A stretch of 24,000 nucleotides of DNA from an uncultured Thalassospiraceae bacterium (GTDB lineage Bacteria > Pseudomonadota > Alphaproteobacteria > Rhodospirillales > Magnetovibrionaceae): assembly GCA_965603095.1 (NCBI GenBank), contig CBFDBQ010000009.1, forward strand, positions 18,174 through 42,173, in the 5' to 3' direction. Of the stretch, positions 21,726 to 24,000 are shown in pieces. Made by a program: the position numbers and the translations under genes. Under the pieces are notes generated by a model. The model did no database searches, was not told the origin of the DNA, and was given only the letters and a program-made list of their open reading frames with translations. The first letter of the stretch is position 1; each line of letters opens with the position of its first letter.

Positions 21726-22961
21726 TTAGCGTTCGATTACAGTTATATCAACTCGTTCAGTTTCAGCATCACTTGTTTTATTGCCGAGCGCACGAACATC
21801 AATCCGGGTGCTGCGAACACCGCTTTCAATCAAGTATGAGCGAACCGCTAAAGCCCTAGAAAGCGATAACCTTCGGGCAGCGCTGGACGACATTTCTGCC
21901 CCACCAGCATAAGCTAGCAATTGCAGACGTAAATCTTCTTGTTTGGTCATGCTGGTAGCTAGACCGCGCAATTCTTCACGCGCATCAGCAGGAAGTTTTG
22001 CATTTTCCGCTTCAAATAAAACCCGCATGGAATATCCATCAGCAATGGTTGCCCCGGCTGGCGGCAGGGATGCAACAGAAGGTGCTTCGGGTGCTTCTTT
22101 TGTTATTTCAGGAAGTTTGGCCACCACTTTTGGCGGTTCTGGAACCTCAACCACTGGCGGTGGTGCGGGTGGTGCAACCGGTTCAGCTATTTTTTCTTCT
22201 TTTACTTCTTCTTTTATTTCATTTGCGGCAATTTCTTTGGCAGGCGCCGCTTCTAGCTTTACAGGTGTTTCTGTCACTGGTGTTACGGGCACCGGTGCGG
22301 GCGTAGGTTCCGGTGGTGGAGGCGGTGCTTTTGGAGCCTCTGGTTCGGCGCTTACAACTTCTTTGACAGCCTCTTTGACCACTTCTTTGGGTTTTTCAAT
22401 TGCTACCGGTTCCGGTGGCGGTGCCAGCTCTTCTTTTGCTAATTCTGGTGCAGATTTTTCTTCAATGGCCGCAACAACCGGTGGTGGTGGCGCAACGGGA
22501 ATTTCTTTTTTTACAACTTCGGTTTTTGGTTCAGCCTTTGGAATTTCTTTAGGTGCTTCTGCGGGCATTTCCGCAGACATTTCTTTAGGTGTTTCTGGCG
22601 CTACAAACTTGAACTTGAACTTTGTGGTATTTTCATCTGCCTTAACAAAACTGCTTGAAGGTGCATTAGCAGGCGCAATGTAAAGCGTTGAAACAGGCGC
22701 CTTAGGCCCAGGGATAAGATGCCCTTTGCTGCTTGTGTTGCTTGTTCTTTTTGTGGTTGGTGAGGTGCGCGCAATGGGGCCAACGCCGCTATCTTCCAAA
22801 ACTGAAAAATCAACGCTTACATTAGGATTGGAAAAATCAAGCACGATTGACTCTTGTGCGTTTGCGCCAAATGGGATTGCGATAGAGCCCATACCAACGC
22901 TTAACGAAATAACTAAAGAGTGAAAAAATACGGAGTGGCCCGTTTTACTAACAGCGGACAT
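21726..22961 (-). CDS. Proline-rich envelope protein with N-terminal hydrophobic segment and C-terminal OmpA-like domain
   Basis: The N-terminus is MSAVSKTGHSVFFHSLVISLSVGMGSIAIPFGANAQ. A Pro/Glu/Lys/Ala/Val-rich spacer of about 175 aa follows (EAPKEIPKAEPK, APPPPVV, PPPPPEPTPAPVPV). The C-terminus reads LQLLAYAGG ... RRLSLSRALAVRSYLIESGV ... ERVDITV. I prefer the ATG at 22961. The ORF-track start is TTG at 22970. Confidence 0.75.
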   Translation of the reverse strand: MSAVSKTGHSVFFHSLVISLSVGMGSIAIPFGANAQESIVLDFSNPNVSVDFSVLEDSGVGPIARTSPTTKRTSNTSSKGHLIPGPKAPVSTLYIAPANAPSSSFVKADENTTKFKFKFVAPETPKEMSAEMPAEAPKEIPKAEPKTEVVKKEIPVAPPPPVVAAIEEKSAPELAKEELAPPPEPVAIEKPKEVVKEAVKEVVSAEPEAPKAPPPPPEPTPAPVPVTPVTETPVKLEAAPAKEIAANEIKEEVKEEKIAEPVAPPAPPPVVEVPEPPKVVAKLPEITKEAPEAPSVASLPPAGATIADGYSMRVLFEAENAKLPADAREELRGLATSMTKQEDLRLQLLAYAGGAEMSSSAARRLSLSRALAVRSYLIESGVRSTRIDVRALGNKTSDAETERVDITVIER

Positions 22962-23172
22962 TTTTATCAATTTCTCCCAGAGTGACGTTTGCCATATTAT
23001 AGTAAGATTATAACAAGTTAGTTGCGATATCCCTAAGCGCGAACCATCTTTGTAAACAGACCATAACCAAGGGTGTGGCCGTGGGCAACATTCTATCGGG
23101 TGAAGTTAGCCGAGGCCCTACATAATTTATTTTGAATTTATATTAATATTAAAAAACGGCTGATTTCAGCTA

Positions 23173-23964
23173 TTATTTAACCATCTTTAGAAGTTTGGGG
23201 TGAAGCTTGTCGTTGGCGCATACAATATCACCAGTTTCCAGCATTCCTTTGCGCCCGCTAATATCGGTCACAAAGCCACCGGCTTCGCGAACAAGGGCGA
23301 TTCCCGCGGCCATATCCCATTTTTGCAGACCCGTTTCCCAGAAACCATCATAGCGTCCGGCCGCAACGTAGGCCAAATCAAGGGCGGCTGAGCCAAATCT
23401 GCGAACACCGGCTGAAACGCTCATTACATTTTCCAGACGTTCAAGAAAGCGTTCTTCCTTGCCCGATTCCATAAATGGTATGCCAGTGGAAAAAAGAGAT
23501 TCTGAAACTTCTTTGCGCGCTGATACACGAATTCGCCGTCCATTTAAAAATGCGCCTTGGCCTTTTTCCGCCCAATACATTTCATCTTGAACTGGGTTGT
23601 AGATAACGCCCGCAAAGACATCGTTATCGCGCACTAGCCCGATTGAAATTGCAAAATGGGGAATGCCATGAAGAAAGTTTGTGGTGCCATCAAGCGGATC
23701 AATAATCCATGTGCTGGATTCATCTTTGCCTTTTATTATGCCTCTTTCTTCTAATATGAAGCCATAATCGGGTCGGGCTTTTTTAAGTTCGCGCACTATT
23801 GTGTCTTCGGCAGTTTTATCAGCGATGGTTACAAAATCAGCCGGGCCTTTTTTTGAAACTAGCAAGTGTTCAACCTCGCCAAAATCTCGCACCAATTTAC
23901 GCGCGGCCTTGGTCGCCGCCGCGGTCATTACATTTATAAGAGCCGATGAATTTATATGTGCCAT
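23173..23964 (-). CDS. suhB: Inositol monophosphatase family protein (SuhB-like)
   Basis: IMPase motifs are present: WIIDPLDGTTNFLHG, and DGFWE with AAG near the C-terminus. Confidence 0.9.
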   Translation of the reverse strand: MAHINSSALINVMTAAATKAARKLVRDFGEVEHLLVSKKGPADFVTIADKTAEDTIVRELKKARPDYGFILEERGIIKGKDESSTWIIDPLDGTTNFLHGIPHFAISIGLVRDNDVFAGVIYNPVQDEMYWAEKGQGAFLNGRRIRVSARKEVSESLFSTGIPFMESGKEERFLERLENVMSVSAGVRRFGSAALDLAYVAAGRYDGFWETGLQKWDMAAGIALVREAGGFVTDISGRKGMLETGDIVCANDKLHPKLLKMVK

Positions 23965-24000
23965 TAGTCTTTGGCCCGCTCTACGTATGAGCCGTCAGTG

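Noticed and set aside
21943-22683. 246-aa plus-strand ORF (Gly/Ser/Ala/Thr-rich), with 21998-22306 and 22601-22813.
   Set aside because: It is the antisense or alternate-frame shadow of the proline-rich coding repeat. It is low-complexity, has no start context, and is fully contained in a gene with clear domain structure.
19421-22970. Zorya-type anti-phage system (ZorA/ZorB-like MotAB homologues).
   Set aside because: No ZorC/ZorD-like or other large helicase or nuclease effector genes are adjacent. The A-subunit tail is far shorter than in ZorA. The flanks (suhB, MFS transporter) are housekeeping genes rather than a defence island. I kept it only as an architectural analogy.
23965-24000. 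Possible 3' end of another minus-strand gene at the window edge.
   Set aside because: Only 36 nt are visible, which is not enough to support any call.
1-24000. tRNA, rRNA, tmRNA or SRP RNA genes.
   Set aside because: I scanned the intergenic regions by eye for T-loop (GGTTCGA-like) and other conserved cores and found none. A covariance-model scan would be the definitive check.

Overview
This looks like a chromosomal, mostly housekeeping window from an alphaproteobacterium. That assignment is an inference from gene content: a DUF1013/TrcR-like gene, DUF1192, two DUF465 genes, a COQ9 homologue beside rpsU, and CyaY/frataxin. GC looks mid-range by eye. I can support 28 protein-coding genes. One is a 55-aa DUF465 gene that falls below the ORF-track cutoff. 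I saw no rRNA, tRNA, CRISPR array, transposase or integrase.

Recognisable genes:
- Translation and core metabolism: rpsU, def, COQ9-like, purK/purE, prpE-like acyl-CoA ligase, quinone oxidoreductase, rpmE, suhB-like.
- A cyaY-yaiI-phnA-like operon.
- Transporters: a fused ABC exporter and an MFS transporter.
- Nucleotide second-messenger genes: REC-GGDEF, a degenerate GGDEF protein, and a membrane class III cyclase.

The best candidate for an undescribed system is a co-directional three-gene module at 19.4-23.0 kb. It encodes a MotA/ExbB-like channel protein with a long C-terminal tail, a MotB-like protein with a very long coiled coil and an OmpA-type domain, and a proline-rich OmpA-domain protein built like TonB/TolA.

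Secondary points:
- A family of about 37-nt double-hairpin repeats with compensatory stem changes brackets a small ferredoxin-like gene.
- A candidate orphan sRNA unit lies at about 13.65-13.79 kb.
- A 290-aa unknown protein is translationally coupled to COQ9.
- There are several short tandem repeats.
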